From: an uncultured delta proteobacterium
Lineage (GTDB): Bacteria > Desulfobacterota > Binatia > UBA9968
Assembly (NCBI GenBank): GCA_963804165.1
Contig: CAWDPO010000035.1
Span: forward strand, 190,120 to 254,119
Direction: 5' to 3'
DNA: 64,000 nucleotides
This document shows positions 54,096 through 64,000 of this stretch, one piece after another. Under the pieces are notes generated by a model. It saw only the letters and a list, made by a program, of their open reading frames with translations. It was not told the origin of the DNA and made no database searches. How positions within the stretch are numbered: position 1 is the stretch's first letter; the number at the start of each line of letters is the position of its first letter. Made by a program: the position numbers and the translations under genes.

Positions 54096-54722
54096 TGCGC
54101 GACAATCTGGATGAGCGGCCACCTCGTCGGCGCGTTGTTGGATCGCGTGGCGCGACGTCATGAGCAAGTGCTACCCAGTTCGCACACTTCGCACACCTAA
54201 AAAGAGAAAAAACCCATCGACCAACATCGCGATCGCTGAAAAGGACGCGATTTTCAGAGGTCGGCGAGTTCTGCACGCGGAAGTTGGCCTCCGCGAAACG
54301 TTCTCGCAATGCTTGTCCTGCGCTTCCGAGCGCTGATTTCCTGCCGTGGAATTGGCGCTCGACAAACCAACGTCGCCGAAGCTGCATGAAGCCTATTGCC
54401 TGTCCGCGTCAGCCCACCCCCCCCGTGGCCTTCACGAAGACTGCGGCGGCGAGCCGACTGGCGGCCTCTCGAGGCGGGGAGCGTCCTCCCGGCCCGATCG
54501 CACTGCAGCGGCATAGTGGCTCAGCTCATGGCCGAACTTGTTACATTTACCGAATTAGCGTCCGGTCCGACAAGCCTATTTCCTAGGGTTTGCCCCTTAC
54601 CCGCAGCTAAACTGTTACAATACCAGGAAGGTAGTGCGACAATTCATGACGGTGCAGGCGCCAGGTCGGGCATAAACTTCGTCGATCCGTCGGGGGTTCA
54701 CGTCACGGTTGGGACGGTTTTT

Positions 54723-54920
54723 TTACTGAGGGGCCTCTGAACGGCTTGATCGATAGACTAGAACGCTGTCTGCCGCTCCACAGCCAGCGCACAAGAGTGC
54801 GCGAAGTCCAGGTTCATCCCTGAGAGGAGCAATTTCTGCAACTATGTCCATTGTCCGGCCGCACCTGTTGCAGACAACGTCAAACAAACTTAACTCGTTC
54901 GTTCTCTGAGCCAGGGCCAT
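54723..54920 (-). CDS. Small CxxC..CxxC hypothetical protein
   Basis: RBS GAGGAG; CNRCG...CAGCG. Confidence 0.5.
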   Translation of the reverse strand: MALAQRTNELSLFDVVCNRCGRTMDIVAEIAPLRDEPGLRALLCAGCGAADSVLVYRSSRSEAPQ

Positions 54921-55047
54921 TTAGCGAGACTCCTCAATTTCCCGGCCCATGAGCAACATGCCCGATAGGCGGCCCCGGCAATGTGATGGCCATCACACAA
55001 TGTTCGCGGATACGGGAAAATATGCGGTCAACTTGCTGATGAACTTG

Positions 55048-55332
55048 CTAACGGAAATCGCAGTCACCGGGATACCGCAGGCCGACGGCTCCCCCATCAA
55101 TGATGCATGACCGCGAACGCAGCTCTGCCATTGCTTCCGCGATCAGCGGGAAACGTTTCGTCAGGTCATTGCCCGGTCGGCTGTATAGCCTCACCCGTTC
55201 GCCATCCTTACGCGCGATGACCCGGAACCCGTCCAGCTTGATCTCGTGCAGCCAGATGTCGCCGGAAGGCGGACGCGGCGCTTTTAATGGCAGGCAGGGG
55301 CGCAGGAAGCCGAGCGGCAAGCTTTGCTGCAT
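55048..55332 (-). pseudogene. N-terminal fragment of ATP-dependent DNA ligase (LigD-type)
   Basis: PPSGDIWLHEIKLDGFR (KxDG), RLYSRPGNDLTKRFP, IIDG, then truncated. Confidence 0.8.
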
Positions 55333-55334
55333 AT

Positions 55335-55608
55335 CAACTCTCAACTTCCAGCTTCGCCCACACTAGCCACCTGCGATAGTTGCTCTTGAATTGCGCCTTG
55401 GCCTCTTCGAGCGTTGCGGCGCGCCCGTTGGTCCTGATCCCGGCTTGGTGCGAGCCGATCACAGTGATGGACCAGAACCAGCGCAGCTCAAGCGGGGTGT
55501 ACGGAACCTCATACAGCCGTCCGACTTCGCGGCCGTCGTCAATGACGACGTAGTCCCCTCGATAGGGATCGAGCGGCGCGAGGCCGGTGCGGCGAGCGAA
55601 AGACGCAT
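55335..55608 (-). CDS. Hypothetical protein (one frameshift)
   Basis: Manually read DYVVIDDGREVGRLYE...WFWSI...GRAATLEEAKAQF. Confidence 0.5.
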
Positions 55609-56396
55609 TGGCCTGTAACTCAACGCAACGACCGAATGCGGCCCCCGCCGGGGTTGGCCGCCCGGCGAGGGCCTAGCCCGAGTGGCGCATCAAGCCAAAG
55701 CGCACTAACTCAGGCTGAGGGATTTTTAGCCCCGCAGCAGCACAAGCAACAGTCGCTTTTCACGCAGTGTCATTCAAGTCGGTTTCTATCAGGCGCCATA
55801 GCAGGTAGGCGCCAACGGGTATTACAACCGCAACTGCCACCAGAACGAAGCTCCAGATATCGAACATTTAGCCATCCCTCCGTGGCTGGCTTCCCCGACG
55901 CATAAAGCCAGCATGCCCGCTGGGCGGCCTCCGCAATGTGAAGTACTTCACACAGCATCCTCGCTCGATCTCATAGCGGTGTCGTCTCGCGCACCATTGG
56001 AGCGCCCGACGCCGGGTGGTCCACCGGCGCCAGGGCTTGCCACGCGCGCTGTGGCCAGCGCGTCCACAGAGCCTGGGAGCTTGGCCCGCTTGGCTCGCGG
56101 GGAGCGGCTATAGAGGTCCGCTTACTGAGGTGCACCGGACTCAACGCGGACGACGCGTTTTGGGCCGTTCATGACCCACAGCGGAAGTCGCTTGAACTTT
56201 CCTGTGGCAAAGTGCGGCACGTGCTGGTCGGTCTTCGTGGCGAGCAACGTGGGCCGCTTGACGCCAGCCGCTTTCACGCCAGAACATCAGGCAGATCGCG
56301 CGCGTTTAATCCTGGCCGTCTAAGAGCAAAGGATATCGTGCGGCTCAAACTGGAAGGGCGGCTCACGGCTGGCGCCGTCGGTCGTGTCTGACAGAG

Positions 56397-57194
56397 TCAA
56401 TGGCGGGCGACAAGGAGTGGCTCCACGTTTCCGCCTCCTGCCATTTGCGGGCGCGACGGCTCAAAGCCCTGGCGCAGCTCCCGCTTCACGACGAGCGAGC
56501 GTGCAAGAAGGAAGGCGTCTTTCAGACTTACGGACCGACGGAGTGCAACATTGAAAAAGGCATCGCCAAAATAGGTCCACTTGGCTTTGTCCTCGCACCC
56601 GAACGATGCATGGTTTGCATCCGCTGCGGTGATTACAAGCGTATCAGCATCGGCGATGCGAGGGATGAAGACGCCAGAATAGCAAGCCGAAATGATCACG
56701 ACCTTGTGTCGCACGCCCGTTCGATGGAGCATCTCAGCGAGATTGGACGGCGTAAGCGTTTCAACTAGCCGGCCTGCCGTGACTACAAGGCCGTCGCGGG
56801 AGCCGTGCGACGTAAGGATGAGAAACAGAATGTCGCTCTCGCCATTCATCTTTTTTGCCTCCGCTTGCAATGTTGCTGCAAGCGCTTCGACAGTCGCATC
56901 GCCGCCCGTTTTGCTATTGAATTTTACGACAACCGGGCCACCCCCGAAGCGGTTCGCGACGATCTGCGCTGCACTGGTCGCCTCACTCCGAAAAACACCT
57001 TGATGGCCGAACAGACCGAATGACACCACCGTTACCTTACGAAGGTCCTCGGCCGCCGCGTGCTCGGCCGCAAACATCGGCGAGAAAGTCAGAAAAAAGG
57101 CCACGAGCGGCGCGCTGAGCCAGCGGACCAAAGACTTAAACGTCATAACGAACCTCAGTCTCAGCCAAATCAATCTTGCTGCGGTGACGAGCAA
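56397..57194 (-). CDS. Peptidase C13 family protein
   Basis: LTSHGS, IISACYSG (His/Cys dyad), SFGC, TYFGDAF; start may be the later Met. Confidence 0.88.
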   Translation of the reverse strand: MLVTAARLIWLRLRFVMTFKSLVRWLSAPLVAFFLTFSPMFAAEHAAAEDLRKVTVVSFGLFGHQGVFRSEATSAAQIVANRFGGGPVVVKFNSKTGGDATVEALAATLQAEAKKMNGESDILFLILTSHGSRDGLVVTAGRLVETLTPSNLAEMLHRTGVRHKVVIISACYSGVFIPRIADADTLVITAADANHASFGCEDKAKWTYFGDAFFNVALRRSVSLKDAFLLARSLVVKRELRQGFEPSRPQMAGGGNVEPLLVARH

Positions 57195-57477
57195 CCTTAC
57201 TCTATGTTGGCAGCCGGATCACCTTGCCCCTTCGGTATCGTCGGCTGCCGTTTGAGCGTGATGAACTCGCCGGTCGCGGTAGGGACGCCCACGATCGTAA
57301 ATCACGGTCGGTTGGGCACGGACGATCTTGGGTTGTCGTCGGACGGGCTGCAATAAATTGGCTGGTGATGGGGCGACCCGGTACCCAGATCCGGTGTGCC
57401 CGTGGTTCACCGCGGTACTGGAGTAAAACGGTCCTCGCGCACGCGCGCGCGTACTGGTCGCGAAACTCTTGATTTCG

Positions 57478-57700
57478 CCGAACGCGCCGCATTGATGCGG
57501 GTGGCCAGCGCCGATTCCGAAACGATGCGTCCGCCCCAGATTGAGGCGATCAAATCGTCTTTGCTGACAACGCGTTCTCGGTTCCAAATCAGGTATTGGA
57601 GGAGGTCGAAGACTTGCGGTTCCACGGGGACCAGCCTAACCCCGCGGCGCAATTCGCGCCGGTCGGTATCAAGGGCGCAGTCCTCGAACAGATAGAGCAA
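57478..57700 (-). pseudogene. N-terminal winged-helix (CadC/OmpR-type) regulator fragment
   Basis: YLFEDCALDTDRREL, EPQVFDLL, VVSKDDL, IWGGRIVSESAL; truncated after NAARSA. Confidence 0.75.
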
Positions 57701-58094
57701 GTGCCGCTCCGCACTCGGCCTTGTATTGGCCGGCCAGCCTACCGAACTCTGCGGTAGAAGAAAAATCAAGGAGTCCATAAGGACAAATTGAGACTGTCTG
57801 AATGCACGCTTGCCGTCGTCCTGGCATCCTCCACTCGATCTCGACCGCTTTTGGCTTTGATGCCGGCGCGGAGGAACCAATGCCCTCTCAGGTAATATCA
57901 TCCGCACCAGCTGTGAACTGGACCGGGACCGCTGATGGTGCTGACACATCGCGAATTCGCGGAGGCCGGTCCAAACCCTGCCCCGCACGTGCGCCGGGCT
58001 AGTCGTTGTGTGAGCTAGTTCACACGCGGCCACGCCTGCGCATGCGACAATGGACCCTGCCGAGCCTTCCCTTTTGACGCGCGGCCACTCAGCG

Positions 58095-58215
58095 GGTCCG
58101 GGATTGTATCAGGTCCACCACATGATGGTGGCGATGAGGGTGGCGGCAAAAGCGAGGTTGCGGACGAGACGGTCGTAGCAAGTTGCGATGCGACGCAAGT
58201 CCCGGAGCCGCAGGC
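58095..58215 (-). mobile_element. IS5-family transposase 3' remnant
   Basis: LRDLRRIATCYDRL (RIATRYD-like) ... WW, followed by CCGGACCC end-like sequence. Confidence 0.6.
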
Positions 58216-58286
58216 TCGCCGGATCTTGCGCAGGACCGCCGACATCGCGCGCGAGGCTCCTGGCGAACAGCAAAAGGAGACCAGCA

Positions 58287-58798
58287 ATGGACACCACACC
58301 CGAGGCTGCGGCCCCTGCATGGCCCGAACTGAGGGTGTTCCGACCCGACAACTCCTACGTGGCGCTCGGGCTTGCGGTGAACCACTTAATGACCAAGCCG
58401 GCCTTTGCGGCGCTGCGCTTCGGCGAGTGGTCGCGCATCCTGGTCGGCCAGATTAACCGCAAGCACTATTACTTCGTGATCGATGCCAGGAACCGATCCA
58501 GGGATTCCTGGGCTGGGCGGTAACCAGCAAGGACAAGGCCGAGGCATGGGTCGAAGGGCGCGGCGGGCTGTCCCACGACAACGACAGCTTCGATAGTCCC
58601 AGCATCATCTTCAACGCCTGGGTGGCGAGCAGCGGCAAGGTAAACCGCTTCCTGCTCCAAGAAGCGCGCAAGATCATAGTCGGCAAGGAGACGGTTACTT
58701 CAAGCGCTACTACAAGGACGGTTCCAGCGGCCGTGCGCCTGCGGGTCAACGATTTCGTCGCGCAACATCTCGAACAGAAGACCGCAAGCGCCGACTAA
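58287..58798 (+). CDS. HlyC-like toxin-activating lysine acyltransferase family protein, frameshifted
   Basis: RBS AGGAG; ALGLAVNHLM..QINRKHY..GFLGWA..IIFNAWVA..YFKR; lies upstream of an RTX gene. Confidence 0.6.
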
Positions 58799-59360
58799 CT
58801 GTGATCAAGGCCAACGCTGACGCACCGTCGCAGCCGTAGCGGATCTCTTCGAACTTTCTCTGTGTATCGCGGGCGAGACGGCAGGCTCTATATATCGGTG
58901 AGCAATCCGTAGAGCAGGTATCGGCTCATCTGCTCCGAAATGTGCGCAGGGCGCGACACTTGCTCGCAAGGACCTTCAATGCGACAAGCGGTCGCAAGCG
59001 AGTGATACCTACACACGGCGGTTCGCCACGGTGGCTACGGTGACGAAGACACCGAAGTGGGTATTTGGTTGCGAAGCTCGGCCAAAGAGCTCGATAGACA
59101 ACCGTTAGACAACCGTTCGGTGCAGGCCACGCCACGACGAGGATGACGGCAGGACCGGGCATTCTGGGCGCGGTACGAACCGGACATCACGAAGCGTTCC
59201 TGACAGTGGATCGCGGTGCTCGAGCCGACGCCTCGCAGCACGCCCGATCCCAGTCAGGCTGAGCTGCAGGCGCGCCACGACCGCGGCGGGCTTCGCTCCC
59301 GCGATCTCGGTGACGTGCGCTATGACGCCCGACCAAACTCATAAAGCGGGAGGCGAAAGC

Positions 59361-62300
59361 ATGAACACATTCACCATTGGTAGCGGCGGCCATTTCGCGA
59401 CGATCACTGTGGCTCTTGCCTCGGGATCGGTAGTTCCCGGCGACATGCTCAGCTCTCCTTTCCGGCTACAACACCGAAAACGCGACGGTAGGGATCGAAA
59501 ATCTGACCTTTAGCGGCGACGCGTCCAATACCGGCATCGCGCTCACGCTCGCCGCCGGCATCGTGGCTGTTACGCTCATCGGAACTGCGCCGATTGCCGT
59601 CACAGGCAACTCGAGCGACAACTCGATCACCGGCAACGACGGCAATAACGTGCTTGTCGGCGGCGAAGGCGACGACAGCATCACCGGCGGCGGGGGCGCC
59701 GACACCATCTACTTCACTCTGGGCGACGAGATTTTTGGGCGACGGCATCGATACGATCGATGGAGGGGCCGACCACGACACGCTGCAAATCTATGGGACC
59801 TCCGTCTACTTTGAGCAAAAGGGCTACGGCGGCGACAATGGCATCGGGGTGATCGTCGAAGACGGCGCGATCACCAGTATTGCCGGTTGCACACTTGCCA
59901 ATGTCGAGAGCGTCATGCTCGACCTGGGCGAACGGTACGACACGCTGGACTACATCGGCACGATGCAGGCCGTGACCGTCGACCTTGCAACCGGCACCGC
60001 GACCGGCTTCACCTCGATTGCGGGCATGGAGTACGTTTTCGGGGGCGAGGGCGATGACGCGCTGACCGGCGATGCTGGGCCAACCAACTCGGAGGCCGTG
60101 CCGGCGACGACACGCTCATCGGCGGGGACGGCCCTGACAGCCTTGATGGCGGAGATGCCAATGATAACCTTGACGGCGGGGCCGGCGACGACTGGCTACT
60201 CGGGGCGGCATTGGGCTCGATACCCTGACCGGGGGGACCGGGTCAACCAATTCGCAGGCACTCTTTCCGAGCTCAACGGCGACCGCATCACCGATTACGA
60301 GAGCGGCGAAAACATCGTTCTGGAGGCGAGCCTCGCCGAATATGGCAATGTGCGACTGGCGCCGGCCGGAGCCGATACCGAGCTGCAGATCGACGGTGAC
60401 AATGACGGCTCGTTCGAAACCGTCATCATGCTGACTGGGACGATAAGCGGCACCGTCGTCCTCAGCAACAGCGGGAACTATTACTACACCAACAACCTGA
60501 TCAGGATCGTGACGAACGTCGCGACCTCCGGCAATGATCTTCTTTTTGGGACGCCGGTGTCGGCCGATGTCATCGACGGTCTCGCGGGCGATGACGAGAT
60601 TTTCGGCCTCGGCGGGAATGACACACCTGACTGGCGGGACGGGGAACGATAGGCTCGGTGGAGGTGACGGCAATGACGACCTGTCTGGCGGTGACGACGA
60701 CGATTTTCTTTGGGGAGATGTTGAGCCGTTTGGCCCGGATGGAACCGGGGACGACACGCTCGAAGGTGGGAGCGGTTCTGACCGGCTCTACGGCTATTCT
60801 GGCGATGACGTGCTGACCGACAGCGGTACCGACAATTCTTACGACTTCATGGACGGCGGTGCCGGCAACGACATCCTGTCGGACGCTGCGGGTCCTGCTG
60901 AGCTTCGCGGCAGCGCCGACAATGATACGCTGATAGGTGGGGATGGCAACGACACGCTTGCCGGCGAGACAGGCAACGACAGCATCAACGGCGGCGCGGG
61001 CGCCGACACCATCTACTACCGAGTGGTCAGCAGCCCCCCTTTATCAAGCAGCGATGGACATTTTTTCTATTCCGACGTGGGCGACGGCATCGACACGATT
61101 GACGGAGGGACCGATCACGACACGCTCAGCATCTTTGGGAGTCCCGCCATTTTCTATCTGGGAACGCCCATCGGGGGCAACAATTACCTCACCACGGTCG
61201 TGGTGAACGGCACGATCACCAGCATTGCTGGTGGCACAGTTGCCAATGTCGAGAGCGTCATGCTCGACCTGGGCGAACAGTACGACACGCTGGACTACAC
61301 CGGCACGACGGAGGCCGTGACCGTCGACCTTGCGACCGGCACCGCGACCGGCTTCACCTCGATTGCGGGCGTGGAGAACGTTTTCGGGGGCGAGGGCGAT
61401 GACGCGTTGACCGGCGATGCCGGGGCCAACTCTCTGGCAGGCGGGGCCGGTGACGACCGTCTCGAGGGCGGGGCCGGCGACGATATGCTCGACGGCGGCA
61501 TCGGCGAGGACACCGCGGTAGTGTCGGCAAATCGCGATGCGGTCACGGTGACTCGGCAAGAGGGCCGGGTAGTTCTCGACGGGCCCGACGGGCACGATGT
61601 GCTGTCGAACATCGAGCGCATTCAGTTTGCCGACGCTCTCCTTCTGGTGGGGGTTGACGAGCCGCCGAACGACATCACGGTGGTTGGCGGCGGCTCGCTC
61701 GCGGCCAATGAATTCGTCTGCCAACGGCACGCTCGTCGGCACCGTTGTCGGCCAGGATCCGGACGGCGCGGCGATCACTTATTCACTGGTCGATGATGCC
61801 GATGGACGCTTCACGATCAACGCCGGTACCGGCGCGATTGCGGTGGCGAGCGGCCTCCTGCTCGATTTCAAGCAGAACCCCACGCACGTCATCCGCGTGC
61901 GGGTGGAGGATGGGGTACCGCTCGGCGCCTTCGAGAGGGACTTCACGGTCGCCATCAACAACGTCGATCCGGAGAACATAATCGGCGACGCAACCGCCAA
62001 CACCTTCGTCGGTGGAGGCTGCCAACGACGTCTTGAGTGGCGCAGGAGGGTTCGACGTGCTGCTCGGGGGAGCGGGGCAACGACACGCTTTCAGGCAATG
62101 GCGATCAAGACGTGCTGACGGGCGGCCTGGGTCGAGACACCCTATCGGGTGGCACGGAAGCCGACCAATTCGTGTTTACGAGCATGGCCAACTCCGTCGT
62201 GGGCGCCAACCGCGACGTGATCACCGACTGGGGGAAGACCCGACAAGCTCGATGTTTGCCGCGATCAACACCAATGCGAGCGTTGGCGGCAACCAGGATT

Positions 62301-62916
62301 TCACGTTCCTTGGGCTCGGCGCGGCCGACCTGACCGTCGGCCAGGGCCAGCTGAAATACTACCAGTCCGGCGGCAACACCTATGTCGTGGCCAATGCGAC
62401 CGCCGACAACCAGGCCGACTTCCAGATCAAGATCAGCGGCCTGCACAACCTGACCGCCGACCAGATCCAGGGCCTTGCCAATGCGGTGCTGACGGGACGA
62501 GCGGCAACAACACACCCTGATTGGAACGAGCGGCAACGACACCCTGACCGGCCTGCTCGGCGCGGATACGTTGTCCGGACGCGCCGGAGCGGACACTTTC
62601 GTGTTCAAGAAAACGGCCAATTCCCCGGTGGGGGGAAGCGCCAGCCGCGACGTGATCACCGACTGGGAAAGCTCCGATGTCATCAACCTTGCCGCGATCG
62701 ACGCCAATACCAGCATTTGGGGCAACCAGGACTTCACCTTCCTCGGGCTCGGCGCGGCCGATCAGACCGTCGGACAAGGCCAGCTGAAATACTACCAGTC
62801 CGGCGGCAACACCTTCGTCGTGGGCAATGGCGACCGCCGACAACCAGGCCGACTTCCGAATCCAGATCAGCGGCCTGCACACTCTAGCGACGGACGACTT
62901 CTTCGGCCTGGCATGA
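59361..62916 (+). CDS. RTX calcium-binding repeat protein with cadherin-like and serralysin-C-terminal-like repeats, multiple frameshifts
   Basis: Many GGxGxDxL nonapeptides; [18 protein letters not shown] cadherin motif; twice [13 protein letters not shown]. Confidence 0.85.
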
Positions 62917-63044
62917 ATACGCAAGAGTGCTTCGATACCAAGCCCGAGCCCGCTCGCGGCCGATACGGCCAATGGTTCAGGAGCGAACCTCAACTGAGCG
63001 CGCGCTCGCGAGTTCTGCTCGCGCGGCGCAGGGGGGGCCTCCGC

Positions 63045-63190
63045 ATTGTCACTTTCAAGGCCTGCTCAGGCTTCACCTTACGGCCCATAGGATCGCTCAG
63101 CCGCCCAAGGCGACCTTTGTCGCGAGGCTTCAGCCCTTCCGGTTACCCGGCCGAGCCGCTCGTCAGCTACCGGACCAATCGACAACTGTG
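63045..63190 (-). mobile_element. Group II intron-like 5' (domain I) remnant
   Basis: Plus strand GCCTGCTCAGGCTTCAC..TTACGGCCC..GATCGCTCAGCCGCCCAAGGCGACCTTTGTC..GAGGCTTC resembles the antisense of intron domain I; recognised by eye only. Confidence 0.5.
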
Positions 63191-63234
63191 CTTCGCATCA
63201 CAGCAAAACGGGTCGCTTATGTCCGAGTTGGGTC

Positions 63235-63385
63235 TTGTGTCACGAGTATCGCCGGTCCAAACGGCGGTGCGCAACTGTACGAGAGATGAAGGAGGTCCCT
63301 TCGGGTTCGGCGATCAGGTCGCTGATCCCAAGCCACCGCAAGCTGCTGTCGTCAAAAGCGATGGTGGTGAGCGTTGCAGTCAACG
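63235..63385 (+). mobile_element. Possible group II intron-like 5' fragment
   Basis: Starts TTGTG right after a TGTCCGAGTTGGGTC repeat-like motif; non-coding and structured-looking. Confidence 0.3.
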
Positions 63386-63689
63386 TCGGGAGGATATCCC
63401 GGCGGGTGAGTTTGAGAGAGGCGAGCGCACGTCCGCGTCAACGAGGGCCTCCGATGCGCGGTCGGCGGAGTCGGCATCGGCGACGGCGTGCCGTCCTCGA
63501 GCGTTGCCGGCGGGCCGGCCGCACACGATCGAGGGGGGTAGGGGGTCGATCGCCGGCGCGCTCGTTAACGCGAGGGCGGCAGGGAAAAATGGGCCGCGAT
63601 TGGCACGGTGGACCCAGTCCCTCGCCATAGACCTTGAAAACGTGGGCCTATGCCCCGTTTTCTTTTTGCCCGAATTCTCCGAGGGGTCT

Positions 63690-63990
63690 GCGGTCAATGC
63701 TCGGCCGCTATGGCGGAGCGCGTCTTCTCGTGCCCGTGCATCATCGGCTACAACTCCCCGCCTTCCCGATGCGGACCGTCCCTCTCACGCAACGCCTGAC
63801 GGCCAGTCACGAGAGTTCCCAGCTTCCGACGCGATCCTTTTGCGCGTGATGTGGCCCTCAGACCCCGGCGGGACGACAATGCCTCGCATAACGGCATTGC
63901 ACATGTTGCGTTCGACCATGAAGACAGTCTCCGCTCCCGCGGTGTTAATCATTTCGTGGCTCACTCCCACACCCCACGCAACAGTCTTCC
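63690..63990 (-). mobile_element. Second group II intron-like domain I remnant
   Basis: Plus strand GCCTTCCCGATGCGGACC, CGTGATGTGGCC..GACCCCGGC, TTTCGTGGCTCA..CCCACACCCCACGCAA; no RT ORF seen. Confidence 0.5.
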
Positions 63991-64000
63991 GAGCGACGTG

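Overview
Bacterial DNA with two apparently different halves. 1-~52.25 kb looks like a deltaproteobacterial-type chromosome; the gene content and repeat style suggest Candidatus Binatia (inference). It carries housekeeping genes (radC, rlmI, moaC, trxB, hisF) and 14 TctC/Bug-family substrate-binding genes, 12 of them in one 17-kb minus-strand array with a single, probably fused, tctA-tctB. A small accessory island after trxB holds degenerate attC-like sites, an HhH-glycosylase-like ORF, a PD-(D/E)xK-like ORF, a RAYT remnant and AIPR. There is also a sigma54 regulator with a consensus -24/-12 promoter, a catabolic run built from paralogue pairs (2 PYROXD2/CrtI-like oxidoreductases, 2 FAH, 2 VOC, 1 isochorismatase) facing a GcvT-like gene, and a Cys-rich porin-like gene. 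At ~52.26 kb a pal/ompA gene breaks off. The rest resembles Hyphomicrobiales (Bradyrhizobium/Xanthobacteraceae-like) accessory DNA: gene fragments, a C13 peptidase, an HlyC-like acyltransferase with an RTX/cadherin protein, and group II intron-like pieces. Frameshifts are rare before ~23 kb and dense after ~28 kb, even in hisF, so most are probably sequencing errors and many boundaries are approximate. No tRNA, rRNA or CRISPR array was seen.
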